From positions 124,001 through 188,000 of IMG/VR virus record IMGVR_UViG_3300032331_003609: 64,000 bases of DNA. One strand, given 5' to 3'. The notes below the pieces were generated by a model. The model worked only from the letters and a program-made list of their open reading frames with translations. It was not told where the DNA came from and did not search any database. Numbering within the stretch: position 1 is the first letter of the stretch; every line of letters begins with the position of its first letter. A program made the translations under genes and the position numbers. This document shows positions 7,545 through 17,429 of the stretch, in pieces.

Positions 7545-9044
7545 ATGAAAGAGAATAAGATTTTTCCATGGTTAGTTGCAGTTGCTGCTGCTAGTATTTC
7601 TTTCTCTGCTGCTTTCTATTCAATTTTTGGTATAGGTAAGATGTTTGCAGGGGCTGCGACTAACGTTATGATAATGGCAACCAGTTTAGAATTTGCTAAA
7701 TTGGTGATTGCATCATTTCTATATAGATTTTGGAATGATGTAAATAGAGGTTTAAGAGCATATTTAACAATTGCTTGCTTTGTTTTAATACTTATAACAT
7801 CAGCAGGTATTTATGGATTTTTATCATCAGCTTATCAAGATACTGCAAATAAAGTAGAGAATTCAGACAAAAGCACCTTAGTAATAACCAAAAGGAAGGA
7901 CATGCTTCAGAAGCAGTTAGATCAGACAGAGAAGCAGTTGGAATTTAAGAGCACCAGACAGAATACGCTATCTGATATGAGAAGCAGACAGCAGTCAAAT
8001 GCTGATAATCTTATATCTAATAATAGATCCGTGTCTTCTGTTAGAACCCAGATGAATCAATTAGGTAAAGAGAGTAGCTTATTAGATAATGACATTAAGG
8101 TTTTACAGGACTCTATAACCTCAAAAACACAACAGATATCATCTTTAGATAATGAGATATTAGCAATATCGACAAATTCAGATTTAGCAAATGAGGTAGG
8201 ACCGTTAAAATACATAGCTAAATTAACGGGCAAAACTTTGGATCAGGTAGTAAACTGGTTTATAATTGCATTAATGCTCGTATTTGATCCATTAGCTATT
8301 GCCCTTGTTGTTGCAGCAAACTTTGTATTCTCCTATATAGGAGGAAAGAAAAAAGAAGCTGATGATTTTGAGGAATGGAAAAAAGAAAAAGCGGAAGAAG
8401 CTGCTAGACTGATAGCTGAAGAAGAAGCTAGATTAATAGCTGAAGAAGAGGCAAGAATAAAAGCTGAGGAAGAAGAAGCTGCTAGATTGATAGCTGAGGA
8501 AGAAGCAAGACTAATAGCTGAAGAGGAAGCAAGAATAAAAGCAGAGGAAGAAGAAGCTGCTAGATTGATAGCTGAGGAAGAAGCAAGACTAATAGCTGAA
8601 GAGGAAGCAAGATTATTAGCTGAAGAACAAGCAAGATTATTAGCTGACATAAAAGCTGCTAGATTACTTGCTGAAGAAGAAGCAAAAAGAGAAGCAGAAT
8701 GGGAGGAAATCATATCATTCTCTCCGGAAGAAGAGAATGCTTCTAAAAATTTCATTATTGGAGATACCCCGGTTAAACCTATAGAGGAATTTGTAGAAGA
8801 AACCGAATATTTCGTAGATTCTTACATAGAGAATGAATCTGAATATATTGCAGAGGATACATTCATCCCAGATGCTGAAACGGAGGCACCAGAAGAAGAA
8901 AAGGAAGAAGAAGATGGTGAATTTGGTGGTTATAAACTAGGAAACGTTTACGAAAAAAAATCGACCAACATAAAGGATTACGATAATATGAAAGATGTTC
9001 CTAGAGCCATCTTAGTAACTAAGGGTGATCCAACAAGATTATAA
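7545..9044 (+). CDS. Membrane protein: 3 N-terminal TMs, coiled coil, TM, charged E/A/R repeat helix, acidic tail
   Basis: Hydropathy pattern; EVGPLKYIA...FDPLAIALVVAA; EEEARLIA repeats. Confidence 0.8.
   Translation: MKENKIFPWLVAVAAASISFSAAFYSIFGIGKMFAGAATNVMIMATSLEFAKLVIASFLYRFWNDVNRGLRAYLTIACFVLILITSAGIYGFLSSAYQDTANKVENSDKSTLVITKRKDMLQKQLDQTEKQLEFKSTRQNTLSDMRSRQQSNADNLISNNRSVSSVRTQMNQLGKESSLLDNDIKVLQDSITSKTQQISSLDNEILAISTNSDLANEVGPLKYIAKLTGKTLDQVVNWFIIALMLVFDPLAIALVVAANFVFSYIGGKKKEADDFEEWKKEKAEEAARLIAEEEARLIAEEEARIKAEEEEAARLIAEEEARLIAEEEARIKAEEEEAARLIAEEEARLIAEEEARLLAEEQARLLADIKAARLLAEEEAKREAEWEEIISFSPEEENASKNFIIGDTPVKPIEEFVEETEYFVDSYIENESEYIAEDTFIPDAETEAPEEEKEEEDGEFGGYKLGNVYEKKSTNIKDYDNMKDVPRAILVTKGDPTRL
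8394..8690 (+). repeat. Tandem 78-bp (26-aa) repeat built from EEEARLIA units
   Basis: GAAGCTGCTAGAYTGATAGCT recurs at 8397, 8475 and 8553 (78-bp period). Confidence 0.85.
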
Positions 9045-9052
9045 GAAGAGAA

Positions 9053-9616
9053 ATGGCAAATATACTATCGACCGATCCAAGGAGTATTAAATATTTAGAT
9101 TGTAATCCGGAAAAGCAAAAGAAAATTGTTTTCGAAGGAGCATCGTTAAAGATTTTAATGGGATCTCAAGTTTTAGATACTGTCGATATGTCTTCTTTAT
9201 TCCATCCTGTTTCAATAAATGGCGGAAATTTTAAGAAGAGAATTTACATTCCATCTGACGGGTCCTATAATTTATATGGCGGAAATATAGCTCAGGATCA
9301 GGGTGAGGTTTCTTTGGTTGTTATAAGGGTTAGGTATGATAAAAGCATTCCTGAAGGAGATAGAGTAATATATTGGGAATATAAAGGAAATATATTTCCG
9401 TGTAAGAATCTAATGTTCTTAACGGGTAAAACACTGGATTCAATACCCCATAAAGGGTGGGATTTAGAACCGTATAATGCTGACGTTTCACCAGCTCCTG
9501 TTTTTTCCCCAGCATTAGATCCTCAACCAACATCTCCTGATTTATCTTTAGGAGGAATTAAAATAAATAACCCGACATTAAAAGAGGTTGAATTAGAAAT
9601 ATTAGTAATGAATTAA
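9053..9616 (+). CDS. Hypothetical, probably virion-associated protein
   Basis: 187-aa beta-rich ORF; GGI..NP....V.L.I end shared with the next gene's globular part. Confidence 0.7.
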   Translation: MANILSTDPRSIKYLDCNPEKQKKIVFEGASLKILMGSQVLDTVDMSSLFHPVSINGGNFKKRIYIPSDGSYNLYGGNIAQDQGEVSLVVIRVRYDKSIPEGDRVIYWEYKGNIFPCKNLMFLTGKTLDSIPHKGWDLEPYNADVSPAPVFSPALDPQPTSPDLSLGGIKINNPTLKEVELEILVMN

Positions 9617-10269
9617 TGGCAAAAGCACCACTTATATGTCAAGCAGACCTAGCAAATACACTTATTCAAGGAGGGCATTTTGACAGATGTACTTTTACTG
9701 TGACTAAGGATTCATCAGTGATGAATTCTTTTAGTTTTTGCGATTATTCATTGGATATAGATGACTTTTTTTCACAAAATGTAACACTGACTGGTGGAAG
9801 AGCATTTCTTCTTGATGATGCAGGTCTTGGTAATTCTTTTGGAGAGGTTAAATTCCTACTCATTAGTGCTAAGTATTCTTCATCATTCACAAGTGATAGC
9901 AACAAGTACATCCATTTAATTTATGAAGGAAAAACATACCCAATAGGAGCACTTCATATTTGGACAGGGCAACCAGGAGAAAGTGCAGGATCTGGTATAA
10001 CGCTAAATCCTAATGGATCCGGACTAACAAGTCCACAATTTAGTGAAGGCGGAATAGTTTTATATAATCCTCATGCAGGATCGGTAGATTTAAAAATAGT
10101 AATAGCATCAGGAGGACCAATTCTTTCCGCTGGTAGTGCATCATCAGGAACAAGCGGAACATCAGGAAGTACCTCCGGATCATCTGGATCAGCTGGATCA
10201 TCAGGATCATCAGGAGCTAACAGATTATATTACGGAACTAGCGGAACGATAATAACAATACAAACATAA
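9616..10269 (+). CDS. Hypothetical virion protein with short SGTSG repeat, distantly related to 9053..9616
   Basis: Both contain Y.GK.YP/Y.G.IFP..L....G and GGI...NP motifs; S/G/T repeat near 10140-10215. Confidence 0.7.
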   Translation: MAKAPLICQADLANTLIQGGHFDRCTFTVTKDSSVMNSFSFCDYSLDIDDFFSQNVTLTGGRAFLLDDAGLGNSFGEVKFLLISAKYSSSFTSDSNKYIHLIYEGKTYPIGALHIWTGQPGESAGSGITLNPNGSGLTSPQFSEGGIVLYNPHAGSVDLKIVIASGGPILSAGSASSGTSGTSGSTSGSSGSAGSSGSSGANRLYYGTSGTIITIQT

Positions 10270-10278
10270 GAAAGAATA

Positions 10279-10926
10279 ATGTCCTATCCTAATATAATAT
10301 TAACCACAGATCCTAATCTATCTTTTGCGCAATATGATTTTATTCAGATTGTTCATGATGAAAATAATTATATTGAAGCTAGGGTAGTAAGTTATAATTC
10401 TTCTACTGGTGAATTGATAGCAAGTCCTATTCATCATCACGGATCAGGAAGCTTTAATGACTGGAAAATTATGCTAGCGGGAGAACCAGGAACTGGAACT
10501 AGTGGTCAAGCAGGAGCATCGGGAACTTCTGGAACAAGTGGTACAGATGGTACTTCAGGAACTTCAGGCACAGATGGTACTTCTGGAACAAGTGGTACAG
10601 ACGGTACTTCAGGAACTTCAGGAACAAGTAATCTTCTTGCCTCTACAGAATGGAATATTGAAAGCGAATATCAAATCAGTAGCAACGAGCAACTTACATT
10701 CTCTGGGGACTATGTTCTTGATGATTCCTATTTATATATAGAAGGCAGTGACGAACAAGTAGAATATTCAGCGAATAAATTTTTTAAAAAAACTGGTAAA
10801 ATTTTCATCGGAGGTAATTTATTGCTCAAGAATTCACAGATAGAAAACGACGGAGAAATAAGTGTTGGAGGTGAAGTTATATTAACAGGTAATTCACAAA
10901 TAATAGGAACAGGAACAATAATATAA
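10279..10926 (+). CDS. Fibre-associated protein with Gly-X-Y (GTS/GTD) repeat
   Basis: [19 protein letters not shown] repeat at about 10490-10630. Confidence 0.75.
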   Translation: MSYPNIILTTDPNLSFAQYDFIQIVHDENNYIEARVVSYNSSTGELIASPIHHHGSGSFNDWKIMLAGEPGTGTSGQAGASGTSGTSGTDGTSGTSGTDGTSGTSGTDGTSGTSGTSNLLASTEWNIESEYQISSNEQLTFSGDYVLDDSYLYIEGSDEQVEYSANKFFKKTGKIFIGGNLLLKNSQIENDGEISVGGEVILTGNSQIIGTGTII

Positions 10927-10932
10927 AAAGAT

Positions 10933-13512
10933 ATGCAATACATTCAATTACAGGGACAGATAGCATCGGATCTGGATTTACCGATATCAGGAAGTTATAA
11001 TCTGTTTATAGATACTTCAGATAACTCTATTAAAGCGAAAGATTCTGATGGAGTTGTTCGTGGAGGGGGAATTTCATTAATAGAATTAACAAGATCTGAA
11101 ATTCAAACATTAGTGGACGAATCGGATCTTACCCCGGGTGCTTTTTACAAAATCACAGGCGTTGCAACTAAGGCATTTTATGATAGCATGGAATGGTCAT
11201 ACACTGGACCAGGTAATGAAATACAGGACGGTGGAACAACAATCATTCTACAAGCTACATCGTCCAAGACCCTATCTAAAAAAGGAATTGGCTTATTCTA
11301 TGTTCCAAACTATGAGGATCCTGACAACCCAACTAATGCTCCGGATTATAATTACTTAGTCTGGGATAATACACACAGATTAGATTTTACAAATCTGAGT
11401 GGTGTATTTGATCATGATGAATATGTTCAATTATATTCACAGGGAGAATCCACATCAACAGATGCATATTTGGTAGCAAACGTAGGAAATAATACCTTAA
11501 CCATTGTATATGATAGCTCCAGCGATACATTTTTAAATGACAGCAATAATTTTGGGGGATTAACAATAACAGGTGATTCCTCAGGGGCTACAGCAGATAT
11601 CACAGACAGCGAACGTATATCTTCATACAGTGCCAACGATAAAGTAATTTGGGGAGGTAGAGTTTGGAGAAATTTAAATGGAAATATCGGAAGCACGACT
11701 GGCGGATGGCCACTTGCTCAATTGACTTTAAATTCTGCTGATTGGGAGAAAGTTGCTTTCAACGAAACGGATTATACGATAGTTGCTGACCTAATTGAAT
11801 ATGAATTTGAATGGGATAATATTTCCTATAGAAAGAGCAAGAACAACAACGAGGTAACATGTATAGCAAAAGTAATGTTTGACAATTGGGGATATAACAC
11901 AATGAAGTATTTTCCTTGGGGACATTACCAAACACAAAATATAAGTATCAGCAATTCATATCTGGATGCATTTGTTAACTACCCTCACGATTCTTGGGCT
12001 AGTGAAATTAAGTTCGATGACTACGGTGGATTCAATGCACACTATTGGGGTCGTTCAACCGAAATATACAACATATCAGGAGACAAGGGTGCACACATGG
12101 TTAGTTTGAACCTAGGATACAACACAGAAATTAACAATATCAAATTGGGTATGGATGCTTATTTGTCTGACATCTATACTTATGATAACGACAACGGCAA
12201 TACTGCTATTTCGAATATTGTATTGGGTGATAATGCTTCTATTAACGATTGGGACGATACGATTTATATGTATAACGGATCATGGATGGAAAATTTAATC
12301 CTAGAAAATGATTCACACATTACTGATATTAACTTATATTCCAATGCATCAATCAGAGATTCTAAACTAGGAATTAATGCATATATCTCAGGAATTGGTA
12401 TGGACCCTTATGCAGCCTTTAGACAGGTTGAAATGGGAAATAGCAGTTACATTTCAAATATGAATATGAGTGTTAGTGCTTGTTTCAAAAGGGTTAAGAT
12501 GGGGATTGATAGTAATATCAATGCTATGTCTATTGGAGAAAACGGATATTTTAAACATATAGAAATGGGTGATGCCTCCTATATGTATTGCAACGGTATT
12601 GGAGATAATTCATATTTTCAATATGTCAATCTTGGAATAGATTCAGGAATTTATACAATAAATCAATCCAGCGGAAATTCCAATTTTGAATACGTAAATA
12701 CAGGAATTAACTCGGAAATATATAGTGTTTCTCTGGGTGAATATGGAGGATTTAGCAATATAGAATTGGGTATTAATAGCTCTATTAATGGCATTAACGC
12801 AACCGGGGATTACGCATATATTTCAAATATAAAGACATCAAATAATTCCTATATAAATTCTATCTATATGGGTGATAATTCCTATATAGCAAAGGTTGAT
12901 ATTGGAAGCGGATCTGGATTTAGCGGTATCGTATTGACTGCAAATTCACACATAGAGAATTTTCAAATTGGAAATGATTCTTCCTTCGGGGAATTCACAT
13001 TAACATCCGGTGCTGATCTTGTTGATTTTGAAATTGGCCAAGCTAGCGGATTTGGCGGATCTGCAATCTCATCAAATAAAAACTATGTAACAATCAGCAG
13101 GGGATTTACAAACATGTTGAATACACAGGTACAAAATGCTGAAAATACTAATGGGACTACTGGAAATCCTCTTATTGATTTTAGTAATAGAGGCATTGTA
13201 ACTATCGACATAACAGGATTAACAGCATCTCAGGGATTTGAATTACCGGATGGGGAATACGAGGGTCAAGAACTTACATTTGTATTAAAATCTGATGGAA
13301 CTCATACAATAGATTCTACTCAAATCAATATATGGACAACTAAATTGGTAACAAGTGGTGGAGGATATGGAGTATATGATAACACAGGTTCAACATATGC
13401 ATTTAGACCATTTGCAAGATGGTATAATAACGCTTGGGATTGGAGAAATGTAACCAAAGCAATTTGGACAGGTGGAGTATGGGTAACTGATGCAGAATCA
13501 TTCAACGATTAA
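10933..13512 (+). CDS. Putative tail spike / receptor-binding protein with parallel beta-helix
   Basis: Long run of ~11-aa units (NIVLGDNASIN, QVEMGNSSYIS, RVKMGIDSNIN, NIELGINSSIN) with Asn/Ile ladders. Confidence 0.7.
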   Translation: MQYIQLQGQIASDLDLPISGSYNLFIDTSDNSIKAKDSDGVVRGGGISLIELTRSEIQTLVDESDLTPGAFYKITGVATKAFYDSMEWSYTGPGNEIQDGGTTIILQATSSKTLSKKGIGLFYVPNYEDPDNPTNAPDYNYLVWDNTHRLDFTNLSGVFDHDEYVQLYSQGESTSTDAYLVANVGNNTLTIVYDSSSDTFLNDSNNFGGLTITGDSSGATADITDSERISSYSANDKVIWGGRVWRNLNGNIGSTTGGWPLAQLTLNSADWEKVAFNETDYTIVADLIEYEFEWDNISYRKSKNNNEVTCIAKVMFDNWGYNTMKYFPWGHYQTQNISISNSYLDAFVNYPHDSWASEIKFDDYGGFNAHYWGRSTEIYNISGDKGAHMVSLNLGYNTEINNIKLGMDAYLSDIYTYDNDNGNTAISNIVLGDNASINDWDDTIYMYNGSWMENLILENDSHITDINLYSNASIRDSKLGINAYISGIGMDPYAAFRQVEMGNSSYISNMNMSVSACFKRVKMGIDSNINAMSIGENGYFKHIEMGDASYMYCNGIGDNSYFQYVNLGIDSGIYTINQSSGNSNFEYVNTGINSEIYSVSLGEYGGFSNIELGINSSINGINATGDYAYISNIKTSNNSYINSIYMGDNSYIAKVDIGSGSGFSGIVLTANSHIENFQIGNDSSFGEFTLTSGADLVDFEIGQASGFGGSAISSNKNYVTISRGFTNMLNTQVQNAENTNGTTGNPLIDFSNRGIVTIDITGLTASQGFELPDGEYEGQELTFVLKSDGTHTIDSTQINIWTTKLVTSGGGYGVYDNTGSTYAFRPFARWYNNAWDWRNVTKAIWTGGVWVTDAESFND

Positions 13513-13541
13513 TAAAAACAAAATATAAATAAAAACAAATT

Positions 13542-13838
13542 ATGGCAAGATATACAACAAACCCAGATGCTAAAAGACCAGAGGGCGGTATTGAAGTAAC
13601 ACTTAGCAGCCCGATTGTAACACGTTCTTTTAGTGGATCAGAGATCAAAAGAGGAATTATCACAATCAAAAAATTCATGGACAATCCTGGTAGAAAAATA
13701 GTAGCAGCGATGACCGATGATAATAAATTATACGAATTATGGAAGGATGAAGCGTATGATGCTATTGGTGATTGGACAACTGAACAAGCAGTGGCAAGAC
13801 TTAAGGAATTAGCAGAAGCTGGAAATCCTGGAGCATAA
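13542..13838 (+). CDS. Small hypothetical virion protein
   Basis: 98-aa ORF in fibre cluster with A-rich leader; LWKDEAYDAIGDWT motif. Confidence 0.7.
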   Translation: MARYTTNPDAKRPEGGIEVTLSSPIVTRSFSGSEIKRGIITIKKFMDNPGRKIVAAMTDDNKLYELWKDEAYDAIGDWTTEQAVARLKELAEAGNPGA

Positions 13839-13853
13839 AAAACAAACAAAAAA

Positions 13854-15941
13854 ATGTTCGAAAGCAAATTAAATAGGGGTAAAGCGAATGGATATGCCCC
13901 GCTAGATTCAGAAGGGAAAGTTCCTGCTGATAGAATCCATGCGGGTGCTAGCGGAACATCTGGTGTATCCGGAACTTCAGGTACATCGGGATTGAATGGA
14001 TCACAAGGACTTAATGGTACATCAGGATCTGCAGGAACATCTGGTATATCAGGATCTGCAGGAACATCAGGAAGCGATGGAACTTCCGGTTCTAGCGGCA
14101 TAAATGGCACTAGCGGAACAAATGGCTCAAGCGGAACTTCAGGTTCTTCTGGAACATCAGGTTCTGGATTTGTTTGGAGAGGGGCGTGGCAACCAAGTCC
14201 AACAGTTTATGTAGGCGGTCAAGATGTAGTTTCATATACCGGAGGTTCATACATAAAGATTGGAGACGGTAATTCAGGTAGCGCACCGCCATTTGATTCA
14301 ATTCGTTGGAGCCCAATTGCAGAATCAGGAAGTTCTGGTGATAATGGGACAGATGGTAATGATTCTTCAAATAGCGGTAGATGGATTTATGCTGCCACTA
14401 TTACTCCTGGAAGTGGAAATTTTGGAACAGATGATCCTGTAATGAGTTTAATCGAATATGTCTACATAAATACAGATGAGGTAAACGGGGCAAATTATTC
14501 TACATGGCTTTCCGGAGTAGACAGTATACAGAACCTTGGTTACCCTGTCTATTTACAAATCACACAAGTAGGTTCTAACAATATTATTGGTATCTGGAGA
14601 GTTATATCCATTACTTCAACTGGTGGTGTTTACGAGTTTCAAGTTGATACGCCACTTGTGGCGAATGGTACTATAACTATATCAGATGTTTTTACAATAT
14701 CATGGGTATACAATGGGATAAGTGGTTCTTCAGGTTCAGCAGGAACTTCTGGCACTTCAGGTACGAGCGGTACATCAGGTACTACTGGAACTAGCGGTTC
14801 AAGCGGTTCAGCTGGCACCTCAGGTTCATCTGGTTCTGCTGGAACAAGTGGAACTTCAGGAACTTCTGGCACTTCAGGTACGAGTGGTACTTCCGGTTCT
14901 GCTGGAACTTCAGGTTCGAGTGGATCAGCTGGAACTAGCGGTACTTCGGGTTCTTCTGGATCTGCTGGAACGAGCGGTTCTTCAGGATCGAGTGGTTCAG
15001 CAGGTACAAGCGGTACTTCAGGATCAAGCGGTTCAGCAGGAACTTCAGGTACATCAACCCCCGGGCCACAGAATTATACACAAGTTTTAGGATCCCAAGT
15101 AAATAGTGTTAGCACAACAGGAATAACCATAATTTCAGGATCGATCACGACAACTGGCAATCCGGTCAAGATCCAAGTAACAGGTGATGCAAATCCACAA
15201 TCAGTATCAGGATGGGTGAGACTTCAAATATACAGAGAATCTACCCCTATAGGTAATATAATTCAATGCGAAACAGCAGGAAATAATGTAAATGTTCCTT
15301 ACTGTGTGGATTTTATAGATACCCCTGCAGCGGGTACCTACACATACTCAATGAGAACTGTTAGCGGTATTGCTGGAACATTCCAATTTGGAGAGGTAAA
15401 CGGGCCTACACTAAGTATGACTGAAATGGCGGGGGCAATTGGATCTTCAGGAACTTCCGGAGCTAATGGATTATCAGGTAGTTCTGGATCAAGCGGGGCA
15501 TCAGGAACGTCCGGAGCTAATGGATTGTCTGGTAGTTCTGGATCTTCCGGATCTACTGGAACATCAGGATCTACCGGTGCATCAGGAACATCGGGTACTT
15601 CATTCACCTCTCCATATTCCGGTAATCTAAATGGAACTGCAGGTCAATCCTGGATGTCGTCATTCGGAGCAACAACTTCAATAAACTGGAATAATGGAAA
15701 CGTACAAACACGTACACTTGCTGCTAGTGAGACGTTTACTTTTGCAAATCCACAAAACGGAGCAACTTATATTTTGGTAATAAAACAAGCAGCAGCTGGT
15801 AACTATACGATTACTTGGCCAACTATTAGTTGGATGGGGGGAGCACCTCCAACTATGACAACAACTGCTAATAAAACTGACATTTACACATTTGTATACG
15901 CTAATAGTACATATTTCGGATCTTACGCACAAAACTTCTAA
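13854..15941 (+). CDS. Modular tail fibre with three Gly-Thr/Ser-Ser repeat blocks separating globular domains
   Basis: N-terminal KANGYAPLDSEGKVP fibre motif; GTS/GSS blocks; C-terminal beta domain (GATYILVIKQ...YTITWP...W.GG..P). Confidence 0.8.
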   Translation: MFESKLNRGKANGYAPLDSEGKVPADRIHAGASGTSGVSGTSGTSGLNGSQGLNGTSGSAGTSGISGSAGTSGSDGTSGSSGINGTSGTNGSSGTSGSSGTSGSGFVWRGAWQPSPTVYVGGQDVVSYTGGSYIKIGDGNSGSAPPFDSIRWSPIAESGSSGDNGTDGNDSSNSGRWIYAATITPGSGNFGTDDPVMSLIEYVYINTDEVNGANYSTWLSGVDSIQNLGYPVYLQITQVGSNNIIGIWRVISITSTGGVYEFQVDTPLVANGTITISDVFTISWVYNGISGSSGSAGTSGTSGTSGTSGTTGTSGSSGSAGTSGSSGSAGTSGTSGTSGTSGTSGTSGSAGTSGSSGSAGTSGTSGSSGSAGTSGSSGSSGSAGTSGTSGSSGSAGTSGTSTPGPQNYTQVLGSQVNSVSTTGITIISGSITTTGNPVKIQVTGDANPQSVSGWVRLQIYRESTPIGNIIQCETAGNNVNVPYCVDFIDTPAAGTYTYSMRTVSGIAGTFQFGEVNGPTLSMTEMAGAIGSSGTSGANGLSGSSGSSGASGTSGANGLSGSSGSSGSTGTSGSTGASGTSGTSFTSPYSGNLNGTAGQSWMSSFGATTSINWNNGNVQTRTLAASETFTFANPQNGATYILVIKQAAAGNYTITWPTISWMGGAPPTMTTTANKTDIYTFVYANSTYFGSYAQNF
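14723..15057 (+). repeat. Uninterrupted G-(T/S/A)-(S/T/A) triplet repeat, about 110 aa
   Basis: [17 protein letters not shown]...; synonymous codons vary between units. Confidence 0.9.
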
Positions 15942-15947
15942 TTAAAT

Positions 15948-17297
15948 ATGATACTATATCCATTAGCATTTATATCAAGATCAACTTCTTTTGTAACGTC
16001 AGGAATGATTATGCAATTGGATGCTTATGATAGGGCAAGCTATTCCGGATCTGGCACCACAGTTAATGACCTAACAGGTTCGTATACTCACACTTTAACT
16101 GGTGCTTCATTCACAATTCTTGATGGAATTAGATGTTTTGCTTGCACGACAGGAAATAACAGGGTTGTTGTAAATGGAACCGGACCTACACTACCAACAA
16201 CAGGATATACATATATCACTTGGGCTAGATTAATGAGTAGTAATTCCGGATTTAGAACATTACTTTACACAAACTCCCCTAAATACACACCGATTACTAT
16301 CCCTAATGGGACAAGTACGTTGGGATATTGGGACAGCTCATTTAAGACTTCTGAATATGATGTCTCATCTTCCTCGGATACGTGGGTTCAATTTGCAGTA
16401 GTTGGAGATAGTTCATCCCAAACATTTTATATAAATGGTTCACAGGTAGGAAGTACAATTAATGCAGGTTCAGGCGGAAGAACACATTGGGGATGGGGCA
16501 ATAACGATACTGCAGGTCAACCCTGGGGGCATGTTGCTAATTTATTTCTTTATGATAGAAAATTATCTGTTGAAGAAATCATAGGAATGTATAACCACTT
16601 AGCACCAAGATTTGTAACACCGGTTACCTCTAATCTAGTTTTACATTATGATCCATATCAAAAACCTAGCTATGCTGGGTCGGGTGCAACCCTATATGAT
16701 TTAACAAGTAATGGTTTAAATGGAACACTTAGTAACACAACATATACAAGTCCATATTTAACTTATAATGGGTCAAGTTCACAAATTTCTGTTGCTGATA
16801 ATGCATTATTAGAGCCAGGAAGCGGGGATTGGACCATGGAGGTTTGGGTAAATCAATCAGTATCGGGTAACGATGTCGTGTTAGGAAAGTTTGATCCAGG
16901 TGGACTATCACAGGACGTAAGTTATAGTATTAGAACAACCAATACCACATATTACGCACAAATTGGTTCAGGCTCTGGTTCGGGGGCAACTCTATTTGTT
17001 AATAGTACTAACTATACGGGAACTATTGGTACGTGGTACCAGTTAGTTTATGTATTTACCAACGTAGCCGCTAATACACTCCAAACATTTGTCAATGGTG
17101 CAAGTATAGGCACGGTATCACACAGTTTAGCCAGTATATTAAATACCTCGGCTAACCTATACATAGGTTCATATAATAATGGTGAATTTGCACAGTGGTT
17201 CGACGGAAAAATTGGAATTGTAAGGATTTACAACAAGTCTCTTACTTCTACTGAGGTTCTAAACAACTATAATGCTGATAAATGGAAGTATCAGTAA
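15948..17297 (+). CDS. Tandem LamG / concanavalin A-like domain virion protein
   Basis: Two units starting L.LHYD/MQLDA..SY.GSG.T..DL; WYQLV, LYIG, G.IGIVRIYNKSLT..EV..NYNA. Confidence 0.85.
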   Translation: MILYPLAFISRSTSFVTSGMIMQLDAYDRASYSGSGTTVNDLTGSYTHTLTGASFTILDGIRCFACTTGNNRVVVNGTGPTLPTTGYTYITWARLMSSNSGFRTLLYTNSPKYTPITIPNGTSTLGYWDSSFKTSEYDVSSSSDTWVQFAVVGDSSSQTFYINGSQVGSTINAGSGGRTHWGWGNNDTAGQPWGHVANLFLYDRKLSVEEIIGMYNHLAPRFVTPVTSNLVLHYDPYQKPSYAGSGATLYDLTSNGLNGTLSNTTYTSPYLTYNGSSSQISVADNALLEPGSGDWTMEVWVNQSVSGNDVVLGKFDPGGLSQDVSYSIRTTNTTYYAQIGSGSGSGATLFVNSTNYTGTIGTWYQLVYVFTNVAANTLQTFVNGASIGTVSHSLASILNTSANLYIGSYNNGEFAQWFDGKIGIVRIYNKSLTSTEVLNNYNADKWKYQ

Positions 17298-17339
17298 ATA
17301 TTACATGGGATACAATTAATCGGATCCTTCTTAGTTTTT

Positions 17340-17408
17340 GATATATAATGGATATACTGACTTTAAACTCTGAATGCTTAAAAAATGGTTTTAGAACATA
17401 GATATATA
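17340..17408 (+). promoter_or_regulatory. Two GATATATA late promoters (17340-17347, 17401-17408)
   Basis: Exact motifs in the 132-bp intergenic region; the second is 21 nt before the 17430 start. Confidence 0.65.
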
Positions 17409-17429
17409 CAATAAAATAAATCCCTCAAA

